DNA from: Pseudovirgaria hyperparasitica
Taxonomy: Eukaryota
Length of the DNA stretch: 64,000 nt
Reading direction: 5' to 3' (one strand)
Assembly (NCBI GenBank): GCA_010093815.1
Contig: ML996572.1
The notes under the pieces are model-generated. The model was not told the origin of the DNA. It searched no databases and worked only from the letters and a program-made list of their open reading frames with translations. This document shows positions 52,657 through 64,000 of the stretch, in pieces. How positions within the stretch are numbered: the first letter of the stretch is position 1; every line of letters starts with the position of its first letter. Position numbers and translations under genes: made by a program.

Positions 52657-53571
52657 GCTGCGAAAGCTCTAGACACCTTTTTTAATCATTGTTGTTTTGA
52701 TTGGCATTGCGTCTTGTGCGGCGTTTATGGGGTTCAGACTAGCCTTCCTTCATGACAGGAGGGATTTGGGGACGTCTGACCCCGAAGGGCTTGCTGCATT
52801 TCCACTCCGGTTTCCTTACATCCCTCTATATACCCTTCACATGCGAAGATTCGCATCCTGTTATATTATTTTCTATACCCACCACCTCTATGGATTCTAG
52901 ACGCGAAGAGCCCCCCAAAGTAAGACTGGATGTCCAACCTGCTCACGCGGGGATTCATTTCGCACCCTTTTTTTGAGCTGGGCGATTTCTATGCTTTTCT
53001 CTTACTATGGATTTTCCCCTCGAACTTGGTCTGCACCCTGCAGTAGTCTCTTAGCATTTTCGGGTCTGTTCGGTATGCGACAACCACCATCCCAGTGCAC
53101 TGCGAGCACAAAGACACAAAGACACACGACTACAGTGGTGTCGTGTCGATGTTATTGGTTATATCCAAACATAACATTTCGTCAATGAACTTGTCGCTCT
53201 TTGACGAACATGACATGGACGTTCACATGTGCATCGTGCCTCAGGTAATCTATCATTCTATCGAAATAAAATTGGGAGCGCACAAGATCGCGACGTGGTG
53301 TTGAATGAGGTAATTTGGAATTGACGACGGACGGAGATCGTAGATGCAAGGTCTGCCTTGCACCTGAGCAACGCCATCTTGTACTATGTCCGCATTGCAT
53401 TGCATTGCCAGCCTTTCCTTGCTTCTTCAAACCCGTGCCGCACAACCAGCCTGGCGAGCCTAGATCCAGCTCATAACTCACTCAGCCTCATGCTATTCGA
53501 GCTACACCCATCATAATAGGTCATCAATCGTCACGGCTCAAATAATCCAAAACCCATCATGATTCTAAATT

Positions 53572-53853
53572 AAAAAAAAAAGACCCGCACCGTCATGCAT
53601 GAAGTTGCTCGGTTCGTCTGGAGGTTCAGCAGCCCCGGCAGATACTGCTCTTCCAGCAGCGGAACCAGCCGAGAGGCGGGCGGCCGTTTGTATGCACAGC
53701 CCAGTTGTGCACGGCAAGCGCCAGGACCAACTGTCTGCGGCTGCGTGCATAAGCGCAGCAGGGGACCCATTTATGGATGAGCACTTGACAGTCGTGCCTG
53801 GCAGGGAGAGCAATACAGGCAGAAAGGTTGCAATACATTGTATTAGATGCAAC
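53572..53853. ncRNA. Candidate structured non-coding RNA of unknown class
   Basis: Nested set of complementary helices found by eye, adjacent to an A10 run (T10 on the minus strand). No convincing ORF and no family identified. Confidence 0.3.
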
Positions 53854-56800
53854 GTGAAAAGTAGGAGAATTGCCTAGTCAGCAGTGTTGATGATAGTCAT
53901 GACGATGTATGGAATATACAGTAATCTAGGGTGCCAGCATCATATTGCGGGAGAGGAGCCGAAGCTGCCCACCCGTAGCCGCCCGCCGCCCGCCCTTGTC
54001 CCCCCAAACTATATGCCGAACGTCTGAAGTATATGACGCTGGTGTTTCAGAACTAGTAACCATAAGCTATAGTGAATCATCATTAACTGTGTCCGAATGG
54101 ACGTTTTGACGAATGATTTTGGCATGATGATTGATGAGATCGCGATTCCGACTCAGCACATGCCTTTGACATTTGCAGAGGCTTGCGCGCTCTTGATGCG
54201 GTAAGGTGTGGCTAGAATATGTTTATCGTTTCATGTTTGTGAGCGGTGATTGGGTCTCGTTGATGCTAGATAGAGGAAAGTGGTTTCGATAGTGCTAGTG
54301 CTCATTTTATAGACACATACGACATGCGCTGACGGAGGGGACTATGGTACTAGAGTAGTAGTAACTCATGGCAAGACTTGCGCTTCCCAACAAAATCTAT
54401 TGACGAATAATAGAATCAGCAGACCTATATGGCGTTGTAGGGTATGATGACAGTCATTCCTTGCACATCGTTCGTGTTGGAATCAAACCACATCAGTCTC
54501 TCTCCTCAAGGATACACTTGCATAGGGCTGAGGACTGGCCGGCTGCCTTGCAAGGCGTGCGTGCATAAGACAAATTGCCTCGCCGCCCCCACAGGATCTC
54601 GAACACATGTTTCCCTCTCCTTGTCCGTATCCGCTTGCCCGCAAGCACATGCCGCTCTCTATAGGCATGCAGACGACATGTCAGTCCTGAAGAAAAAAGC
54701 AAACATTACTGCTTCCTAGCTCGGTCCATGACTCTTTGCGCCACCACCTGGCGATCGAATCGCTCCCACGTCTCCTCGTCCTTGTCCTTCGCCTACTACT
54801 TCTACCAATTGCCAATCTGTCGTGAGACATGCGCGTTGTTGTTAAAATTCCGTGAACATCTACTCAGCTAAGGTAGCAAAGCGGGTTGTCCCGTGTCTTT
54901 GCCATTACCGGGTATACTGAGGAGAAGTGAACGACCCATGCCGCTTATGGGTAATGGCGCCATGCAGCGAGAGCATCCTTTCGGATCCAGGGACTAATTA
55001 GCCTCTGACATAATACGACCGATGAATCCTTTAGAAAAAGAGCTAAGCAAAGCACACGGGCAGATCAGGAGTATTTGGAAGAGGCCATGTCGAGACATCG
55101 CCGACGACGACGCCGACGACGACGCCAGAGGGACGGAAATGGACGGCGTTTGGGCTGCTGCAACGTTGCAAACTTGTAAACACACACACTGATTTTTTTT
55201 AAAAAAAAATTTGGCTACAAAGTTTATTGAATGTATTGTCCAGGGGTTCAGATGAGGGGTCAACCATGGTTCGGAACTTTTTACTCTTATATTGTCTTTT
55301 TGACTTTTAACTTTTGAATTTTTGACTTGCAGAATTGACAGAGTCGAGTCTGGTTTGACAGGGTCCCAGTGGGCCTGTGGGAGGGTGCGGAGGGATGCCC
55401 GCTGGTTTTGCAGGTTGTTAGATATATGTCAAGGGTGCGGGAAGGCTAGGGTAAGTTTGTCTGATGGAATTTGCTATTTGCTAAGGTTCAGGATCATCCA
55501 TGGGAGGGCTGGGTGAGTAGCCAGAGCGGAACGATCTCCATCACTATTGTTATGCGAACGGCACTGCGCCTTGTAAGGCAAAGAATAGCTTCTAGGGAGG
55601 GGGCTGCGGACTATGCGGAAGAAATTCATCTTCTCGCTGTTGTAGTGGTTTTTTTTCCCCCTAAACTAATTGCTTGTTCCATTCTCGTCAAGACAATAAT
55701 GTGGAGCTGCTTCACGCATTGTCCGTTTTCGAAATGATAAACACCACGGCACGGCTCGACGCGCCATGTTTAACAATTACCGGATTGCTACTTGCCGTAG
55801 TAACCCAAACCGTCGGCGTGCGTAGAGGAAGCCATCCACACCATCCACAACACGCAACGCCGTCTCAAAGCAGTATCATCCAGATAGACGGGCGACGCCA
55901 CTTCAGCCTTGATCGTCACAGATGTTCTGGAAGCTTGGTCTTTGAGACCGATATAGCAATGCACCCAGTTACATCCAAACGTCCGGCAACTTATATCTGA
56001 CCATCCAGCTCCAACACGACGGCGTGGCTGCGGCACAGTATTCATGCTATACCCAACGAGCTTTGATCTTCATTTACGGCCTCATCATGCCCACAGCAAG
56101 CCATGACAACCACTCGAAAGCTCGACAGTCCATCTCCCACCACCAGCCTCTTACCGCTGATTGATATCATATGATGTTTCTAACGGCCGAAGGCAAACGC
56201 CCTCGTCTTGGTCCTCCTTTCTCGCGCGGCCAAACCGGGTCCACATGCCCTCTTGCACAGCAGCCACAAGTCCCAGCATCGGAGCAAAGCCTCGTTCCGT
56301 AAGCACTTTTTTACAACGGACAATACACCACCCAGATCTCCATCAGGTCTGTCTGGCTCCGAGTCGGCCCTTCCCAGTCGCCAAGAAAGCTCTGATCGGC
56401 CCTGACCCGTCCGCCCCGTGCTCAGGCTCATGCTCAGGCTTGCGCGCTCTTTTTCTTGAGGGGCAACCCAGCCGAGCCGTGCGGAGAGGCACGCAGCGGA
56501 CCAAATTCAGTAGAGAAGGAACGCGCCGCGGACGCGGGTAGCTGAGACCCCCTCCCGCGCGTCCCGATGGATAGCTGGATTGCTACCCAGGTATCAGGCG
56601 CACTGTTAGCTAAGCAACCAGCCAGCCAACTAAGATTTTCCGTGTGGCGATCCAGAGCCGTGGAGTCTGGACGATACGGATGTTTTGCGGGACGGCTTGG
56701 GAAATGTTAGGCCGCGATGCATGTCTTTGAGGTATGTGCATGTCGTGGGGTGATGATATACTTGGGAGGACGAGGGGGGGAGGGTCGTATGGATGTAGGT

Positions 56801-57577
56801 CCATGACTCGTGGAGCAGGACTCGATACTCATGAAGTTTGTGGAAAGTGAAGGGTCCTTTGGATACAAACATACCTTCTGGCATGTGTTGTAGTGCTGGG
56901 ATAAAGAGATGGAGAGAGGGAGTGGATACACGCCCTCAAGCATCGGCAATATGTCAAGCTACTACTGTCGGCCTGTCAGAGAGTGGGACATCCATCGTGC
57001 TCATGATCTCATGTATCGCATCGACAAGCCAAACCCACTCGTTTCAGATCAGATTCGGCATCGAATGTTAATTAAACTGCTTCAAGTCCCTCACGTTGAG
57101 AAGATGTCGGACATCTACGGATCCATTAGTTGTTCCTGTAGCGGGCATGTCATTTATTAATTCCAATTCGCGGTCTCGTTCCAGATTTTGGCGACCGAAC
57201 AGGAGATGAAACTTCCAAGCCTGGATATCGTGTGCCCGGAGTGAGAAGGCCACAGTACACTACTAGGCTTTGCAGTCTACACCTTATGAATAATTACTGC
57301 AGGCTAGGAACAATTCGGAAGAGGAAATGAGGCGGAATTGCTGTTGCTGCTTGCTGTGCGGTAATACTTCCTTCATTGGGCTGCTGCGGTTGGCCCCTCA
57401 CGACGTTAGTACCTGCAATATTCGGACAGAATGAATTATCTCATTCGTTGATGAAGGTATCTGGAATAGGATTTGCTAAAGCCTAAGGGGAAAGCCCCTG
57501 TAGCTGGCTGGTCAAGCCTCCACGGCGGTCGGCCTTTATGAATTCCGACTCAGATCCTCTAAGCATACGAGTTCCAC

Positions 57578-60500
57578 TCAATTATTCGAGCTCATCTCTC
57601 CGAGCCGTTCTTCCATCAGGCTGACGATACCCTTGTCAGCTATCTCAGGCAGAAGCCTGACGATCACCAATTCGATCAGGCTGAACATGAGTGTTTTGTT
57701 ACAGTACTTGTCTCCCAGAACATCCAGCAGATCCTCGACTTCAGCTTCTACTTGATCCAGACATGACGTAGCAAAGTAGACCTTGGTGACTTGCTGGGGT
57801 AGGACGTTAGCAACAGATCTGGCACAACGGCGCTTGATCTCTAAAATCTCCTCTTGACTTGGAGGTACCCGCGCCGGTGCCATTGCATTTCGAGGAAACA
57901 ATGCCGCACGAACAGAACGTAACAGCGGGGGTATCAGCTGCGGATTCAGCAGGGAATTGTGGACGTAGTGCGAGAGTAACCTGCTCGGTCAAAAGACAAT
58001 GGTTAGCAAACTTTGCAAGCCCGGGAATTTACTCTAGCGCCGAAGATCACCAGTAGATGATTTTCAGTAAAGCAGGCTAGCGCGAACAAGGTCTGTGCAC
58101 TCTGTGGAAAGATGGACATGTTTTGCGGCGGAGGACATTGTAAACGACATCGATGCAGCGGGTACGAAGTGAGATGCCGCGGAACGTTGTGATAGCGTTG
58201 AATGCGTCATGGTTTCATTGCAAGCGATTGGCGCACTACTGGTACCATCCGGAAGGGCGTATGGAGTATATATTGTGTACCAGACAGCCAGGGTCGCGAG
58301 TGAGGAGAGGAGAGAGGCTCTTAACGGTAGGGGTTCGGCTCAAGCGTGCAGGGTCATGAGAATCGCACGGAATGATACGGGCGATGAGCGACCCAACCCA
58401 GACAATTTCAAAATTGCGAGGCGATTGACATCCTGGTTATTGACTGTCTCGCAGAGCCGAAGGGCCCTAGGAAAGAATTGGTGAAAAGATGATGATGCAC
58501 GCGAGTACGACGATGCTAGAAACATTCCGTCGACAACAACTGGATGACAAGACGAGGGCAGCTGCAGCGGTCCGAGGTCGGAATAGTCCTTCGTGCCGCT
58601 TCATAGAGCCATCATGTGTAGCAGCATTGCGACGTCAGACGGTTGCGATGGTGGTGGGCGCAGAACGATTTGCGTTGGTGGGTATTATCTCGCTCGTGCG
58701 AAATGGCAGCGGATAGAGTATGTAGGGCGCTTGAGCAAAAGACGGCCAGTGACCCCCGCCGGCGGCGGTCGCATGGGGGGCCGCAGAAGCAGAGTTGGCG
58801 GCGGCGGCGGCGGTGGTTTTGGGGGGGATCCCCATCTCTAGGGAGCATTTCTCCTCCTCTCTCACGCTGCTTTTAGCGGACCTGGCGCAGGCAGTGACAG
58901 GGGCAAACAAGGGGTACCAAGGGCAGCCAAAGGGGGGGGAGGTGAGGGAGGAAATGCGAAATGCAGCGCGATAAGAGCGTGCAACCGGGCGGGCCGTGGC
59001 ATAGGCTGGAGCCACCCCCCCAAAATGCAGACAACCCCCCTAAAAGTCAAGTGACCGAAATCGCATGCGGACTGAGCGGGGCTGGCTTGTCGGCGTCTCC
59101 TGGGGAGGGACCGGGGACGCTACGCCGCCGCAGGGTTTGGCATCGTGTCGAGCCAGCCTGTCAGCGTCCTGGATACACTTCTGCAATTGCAATTTGTCCG
59201 ACACCAGCAAAACATGTCCAACCTGCGGATGATGCGAAATTGACATGCAACATGGAAAAAGGTCACGCACTCACCTGTCTAGCACTCCGCCCGTTTCACC
59301 CACCCTGCCTGGTCCCTCCAACGATGCCCAGTGGAGGAAAGACGTAAATCCCGAAAGCCAGGGCATGTGACTGTCAAGCTCGATGACGAGGGAGATGCAA
59401 CTCCATGCCTTCATACTGACCACTGGTTGCTTGGAGTCTTGATGCATCAATGCAGCTGTATGTTCTTTGGGCCTTAGCCACTGTTGAGTAGTGTCCTCCA
59501 CCGGGATCGGGACGCTCCACGCAGCCATAGATCGTGACGGCAAGGAAGATGACCTTGCAAGGATGACCATTGCTGCACGAATCGTATACCACGCTAGAAA
59601 AACGTACTGTAGAACAGCCCAGAATGAGCTCAATACCGAGCTAGCCGCATGATGGAATCCCCGCCGATGTCGAGATTTCTGAGAGCTTTTCGGGGAGTTT
59701 GTCGAATCTGGGTCAGGATGCCGATTCGAACGCTGTGCAACATTCGTCCCATATTGTTCTCCTTGCGCCGTACGCGGCTTGACAGTCTCGATAATTTTCG
59801 TAGTGGCTTCCCAGAGCAGCCAGGGCTCGCAGGCTTTCTCGCTGATACCGCCTCCTAGGATCATTTCAGAGAAGATTTCAGCTACTAATGCCCTTAAACA
59901 ACCATTTTCTAGGTCCTCTGTGGGTAATAGAACGGCTAGAATGCCTTGGACGAGTAGCTGGCGCCAAGCTACTTCGTTCTCCTTTTGTTCCAGCGTGCTC
60001 GAAGAACTCATGTCGCCTGGCACAGGCGATAGTGCAGGGTGTGGATTGAGTGTATGATAGATCTGCTGCTTGCTTGAAGCTAACGCATTCGACATAGACG
60101 TTCTTGTGGCCACTCGATAGGCTTCGGAGATCATCAGCCTTACACTAACCTAGGAATGGTCTGAGAAGACTTGAGACAAACCATTGATATGACTCTGCAG
60201 CACGTCGGGGATCTCATCTAGAAGCAGGGCCTCTAGATCAACCTTTCTGACTCGCTGCTCGAGTGCTCTTGTGCAGTGTGCTATAGTCTGGAGCACTTCA
60301 TCTGGAAACACATGGTCTGGAGTGATTTTGGAGTACCACGTGAATACAAACTCCTTGAAGATCACAGCGATGATAGCATATAGCTGGAGGTCGACGTCGT
60401 TCGAGCTCGTGAGAGGAGGCAGTAAGTCTTCGATCGGCTGAGGAGTACTTCCACCCTTCTCTCCGCCTGTGATCGTGTTGGCCAGGGCGTTGCGGGAACA

Positions 60501-60677
60501 CAACGCCCGACGAATGAAGGATATCGTGGCCTTGTCCGAGATTGCTTCTTGTGCTTGTCGTTCCAGCTCCGCCTGGTATGCTTTGGAAATCGGCCGCTCC
60601 ATACCAACAGATTTACTCGCGGGCTCCTCATCTACCGTGGTATGCTGTTCTGGTCTTATCGTTGTCGACGTTGCCAT
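57578..60677 (-). CDS. PXA-domain protein (sorting nexin/Mdm1-related, short fungal type). Exons 60677-60182, 60121-59275, 57980-57578
   Basis: LPPLTSSNDVDLQLYAIIA.I.KEFV..WYSKITPD, HTLNPHPALSP and WRQLLVQG.LA.LLPTEDLEN.CLR form the PXA domain. The Nexin_C-like tail (LDVLGDKYCNK.L...IEL..VRL.PE) is joined in frame across a 1294-nt intron. Confidence 0.88.
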
Positions 60678-61041
60678 CACGTCTCTGTGGGCCAGGTACA
60701 GAGATCGCTATTTCGCTCTTGCATGGGCATAGATAGTAGTTTCACATCCCAAGCTCTTACAGTTATTGATGCTCCCTTTGAAAAATGAGCTGTATGCTAA
60801 GATGTGCGCAAAGCGTTGTGGCGTCCTCGTTGTCAGTATAGCTCAAGTCATTGTAATCGTGAACCGCGGAATAAGGTAGCCCCACACTCCGCGATGCTTG
60901 GCATGAAGACACTCATTGATGCCCCGTAAAGGATCGCAAAACTTCAACAATCGCCCTCCCGTCACTTCATAACCTCTGACCCATAGTAGATATCCTTAGC
61001 CTAAGTACATATAAATACCCGTACTACCTAACCCCGCATCC

Positions 61042-61623
61042 ATGGCACCTGTGCCGCCTCCAAACCGCGATGAAGTCGAAAGTGAGTTGCAGAAGTGCGC
61101 CAACACAAAGCAACAGGCTCATACATAGGCAGGGACACTCAAGGCCATAATTCAAAACTTCTACAACCTTCTTGTCCAGAGTCTCGATTACCAAGAAGAC
61201 AATAACACCGGCCGTGACGTCCTCAAGCAAGAATTGTAAACCTCACCCCCTCCTCCTCCCCCACCCAGCCCTTTACACATAGACCGATTGCTAACCTACT
61301 TCTACTACAGCGCAAAAATTCAATCCAATCTTCAAACCCTCTTCCGCACTGCCTCCACCATCGACATCCACATCCCCCCCCACATCGTCAAATTCGTCGA
61401 AGAAGGTCGCAACCCCGACATCCTGCAACGCCAATTCGTCGAGCAGGTGCAGAAATTCAATCAGAAGCTGAATGGACGCGCTCAAGCTTATGCCGACTTT
61501 CGAGATATACTAGCCAAAGATCTCCAAGATGCCTTTCCGGGCATGAGGGGAAATCTCGAGCACACGGTGCGGATGACGGGCGGGCGTGTGCCGTTAAAAG
61601 GAGTGATGGATGGGGTGAGATGA
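61042..61623 (+). CDS. NUT2: Mediator complex subunit 10. Exons 61042-61081, 61133-61235, 61311-61623
   Basis: IP..IV.FVEEGRNPDI....FVE.V...NQ.L.G...AY..FRD.LA motif; introns splice in frame. Confidence 0.85.
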
Positions 61624-62235
61624 GTGGGCTCGGCATATACGTGATCTGATCCGAAATATGGGTAATGGCTTTAGCATAAAACGTTTAGGGTTGGATATGC
61701 TGACTGGGACAGTATGTGATGCGAGGAAAGCAAAGGGACACGGAGAAAGCAGTCGTCAAGATCGACGTGACAGCTTTGACTCTTATGTTACCCCCTTTAA
61801 GTCTTATCTTTACGAAGATATTGATAGAGAACGAAGTGTGAAGAAGAGCGCGTTGGTTGAAATAGGGGAACAGGAAAGTGAGTTTGCTCTGTTCCTTTAT
61901 ATGAACTACACCTAACATTGATAGCCTATTCGAGACGGGACTTCTCCCGGATATCTTCGTCACTTTTAAGCCACACAAATTCTTATAACCATGGAGCTGA
62001 TCGAGGATGCCAAAGAATAATGAATGTAATAGTGAAATCACCACGAGTGTGGACCTCAATCGCACATTAAGATAGACACAATGGTGGCAAATGATGCAAA
62101 TATAACAACGATGAAGTCTTAGACCCATATTGTCAATTTTTATGGATAATTTCGTGCTGTTGCTAGGCCTAGACTACTAGACGTTCACCCTTCACTTGTC
62201 GTAGGACAAAACGACCCGATATTCATGGTCGAGAC

Positions 62236-62911
62236 TTACAACTGACCACAGTCGGAAATGACAATCTTCTGCTTTGTCTGGCCGCTCTTGCTGCCCTGTC
62301 CTTCAATAGCCTTGACTACGTCCATACCTTCAATGACCCTACCGAAGACGACGTGCTTGCCATCGAGCCAACTGTTCATCATGAGTCAGTCAGTGTCATG
62401 TGTACTATGGATTCTGCGCATTGCATAACATGTGGACTGAATGAAGGAGAAATCTGAACAGGCCAGGATGACACTCACCCAGTTGTCTCAGTGCAGATGA
62501 AGAACTGGCTGCCGTTGGTGTTTGGCCCAGCATTAGCCATACTCAGTATTCCAGGGCCGGTGTGTTTGCTTTTGAAGTTCTCATCGGCGAACTTCTCGCC
62601 ATAGATGCTCTTGCCACCAGTGCCGTCTCCTCTGGTGAAGTCACCGCCCTGAAGCATGAATTGAGGAATGACACGATGGAAGGTCGAGCCCTTGTAACCA
62701 AATCCTTTCTCGCCAGTGCACAGAGCACGGAAATTCTCGGCAGTCTGTTGGTCCCTCAAAGTCAGCACACAATTCCAAGGGTCAATCAAGTAAGAATACA
62801 GGGGATATATCTTGCCTTTGGCACTACGTCGTTGTCCAGCTCCATCACGATACGCCCGAAGGGTGTACCACTGGCGCCAGTTACCTGGAAGAAGACCTGA
62901 GGCTTAGACAT
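62236..62911 (-). CDS. CPR1: Cyclophilin A-type peptidyl-prolyl cis-trans isomerase. Exons 62911-62816, 62744-62479, 62371-62236
   Basis: Motifs [54 protein letters not shown] and [10 protein letters not shown]. Confidence 0.95.
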
Positions 62912-63698
62912 TTTGTTCACGTTGATGAGAGATGAATTGATGCGAAGATAGATTGTAGCGAAGTCGGGATGAAGGTTTTTAAGGTATTGTTGGGCGATGG
63001 AGGAAGGCACTCACTGCTCATTGGTCAGTGCAGGCGGGGTACCCCTCTAGAAATGGGCTGCGTCATTTGCATTCTTTTCAGCTGAGACCGGCGGCGACGG
63101 GAGCTCCAAACCCGACGCCGCTGAAACTTCGGGTGATGTAAATGAAGCCTAACACTTCAGCAGCGAATATGTTCAATCCAGAAAGCGTTGTAGCTTCAAT
63201 CTTCAATGTCATATTCCCTTGGTACAAGATCCATCCTAAGATGCTCACGGAGATTATCATATTTGGACCTAAATACCACTTCAAATTAAGACTCGCTATT
63301 CATAACACATCAAGAACCTAGTCAGGTTGCATTGCACATTACAGGGACGCTGAATATGAGCCAATATTATGCTGTCTGCCAGATAAACCACCCGATGAAA
63401 TAACATCGCAAACCATGCATCATAGTTCAAATGCTGAACGATTTCCCCTCAACACCTACGAAGCAGCAACTGACCAATACAAATAATCCCACAACCACAG
63501 GGAAGACAACGCTGTAGACAGAAGGCTAAATAGGTATTCGACGTCGCTAAGCAGTGCCTGGAAGCCAATGGGTTGAACGTTGCTTGAGTTCGACGGAGAT
63601 CATATAGTAATCGCATCATGAATCGAAGGGAAGGCTTGGTACCATACCATGAGTCGAAGTGCGGAAGCCTTGGATAGCAGCTCCACAACGCCTACAAG

Positions 63699-63875
63699 TC
63701 AGTCACTTGTAGTCGGGGAGCACGGGCCGTCCGCCTCTTTCGTTATTTCTTCCGTGACAGCGAGATGCTCTGGCATTTCTCTAAGGGGTATAGGCTTGCC
63801 CGGCGGGGGACTTTTAAGGTGTTCGATTTCGACGAGCGATCCGCGGCGGAGATTATCTAGTTGCTCGTCCGGGTT
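63699..63875 (-). CDS. Possible terminal exon of a gene starting beyond the right edge of the window
   Basis: After a CTGAT...AAG acceptor-like signal there is a 58-codon open frame (NPDEQLDNLRRGSLVEIEHL...SPTTSD*). No domain recognised. Confidence 0.3.
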   Translation of the reverse strand, partial: NPDEQLDNLRRGSLVEIEHLKSPPPGKPIPLREMPEHLAVTEEITKEADGPCSPTTSD

Positions 63876-64000
63876 CTTAAATATTTATCCAATCAGCGTT
63901 TTGTTCAATGTATGACGTGACGCGTCAAATCTGATGGGAATTGAGTCGTAGACTGGGTGCAAGCTTGGATACAGGACGCAAATGTTCGGGGAGGGTATAA

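Noticed and set aside
55192..55210. T8-A9 palindrome
   Set aside because: Simple homopolymer juxtaposition with no TIR/TSD or other supporting context.
52700..59274. Telomerase RNA, RNase P/MRP, spliceosomal snRNA or TPP riboswitch in the long intergenic region or the PXA intron
   Set aside because: By eye I found no TAACCCTAA-type template and none of the diagnostic conserved motifs. Only the unclassified structure at 53572-53853 was kept.
15584..62900. Numerous antisense and alternate-frame ORFs overlapping the called genes
   Set aside because: Shadow ORFs of real coding sequence.
15779..62911. Secondary-metabolite or other functional gene cluster
   Set aside because: No backbone enzyme is present and the genes are functionally unrelated housekeeping or regulatory loci.
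62912..63021. Upstream ATG giving a mitochondrial cyclophilin isoform
   Set aside because: The upstream ATG is out of frame and terminates just before the main start.

Overview
Eukaryotic DNA from a filamentous ascomycete (Pezizomycotina). The window has two parts. (1) About 1-15050 is an AT-rich, heavily RIP-mutated block of nested Ty3/Gypsy chromovirus relics. One family-A element is complete on the minus strand at 7763-14369, with 228-bp LTRs, a TAGAC target-site duplication, a polypurine tract and an apparent self-priming site instead of a tRNA primer site. The 3' half of a second family-A copy lies on the plus strand at 1-2771. Both copies appear inserted in an older family-B element. 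(2) About 15050-64000 is ordinary intron-containing euchromatin. It encodes a cytochrome P450, SCS3/FIT, a Rab5-type GTPase, a C2H2 protein, a three-exon orphan, a conserved fungal hypothetical protein, a Gid4/Vid24-domain protein, an alpha/beta hydrolase, a GT90/CAP10-like glycosyltransferase, CDO1, RBG1, a CENP-B/Tc5-HTH protein, a PXA-domain protein with a 1.29-kb intron, MED10 and a cyclophilin. The best novelty candidates are an unannotated, extensively base-paired element next to an oligo(T) run at 53572-53853 and the oversized PXA intron. All calls come from reading and translating by eye; no searches or folding programs were run.
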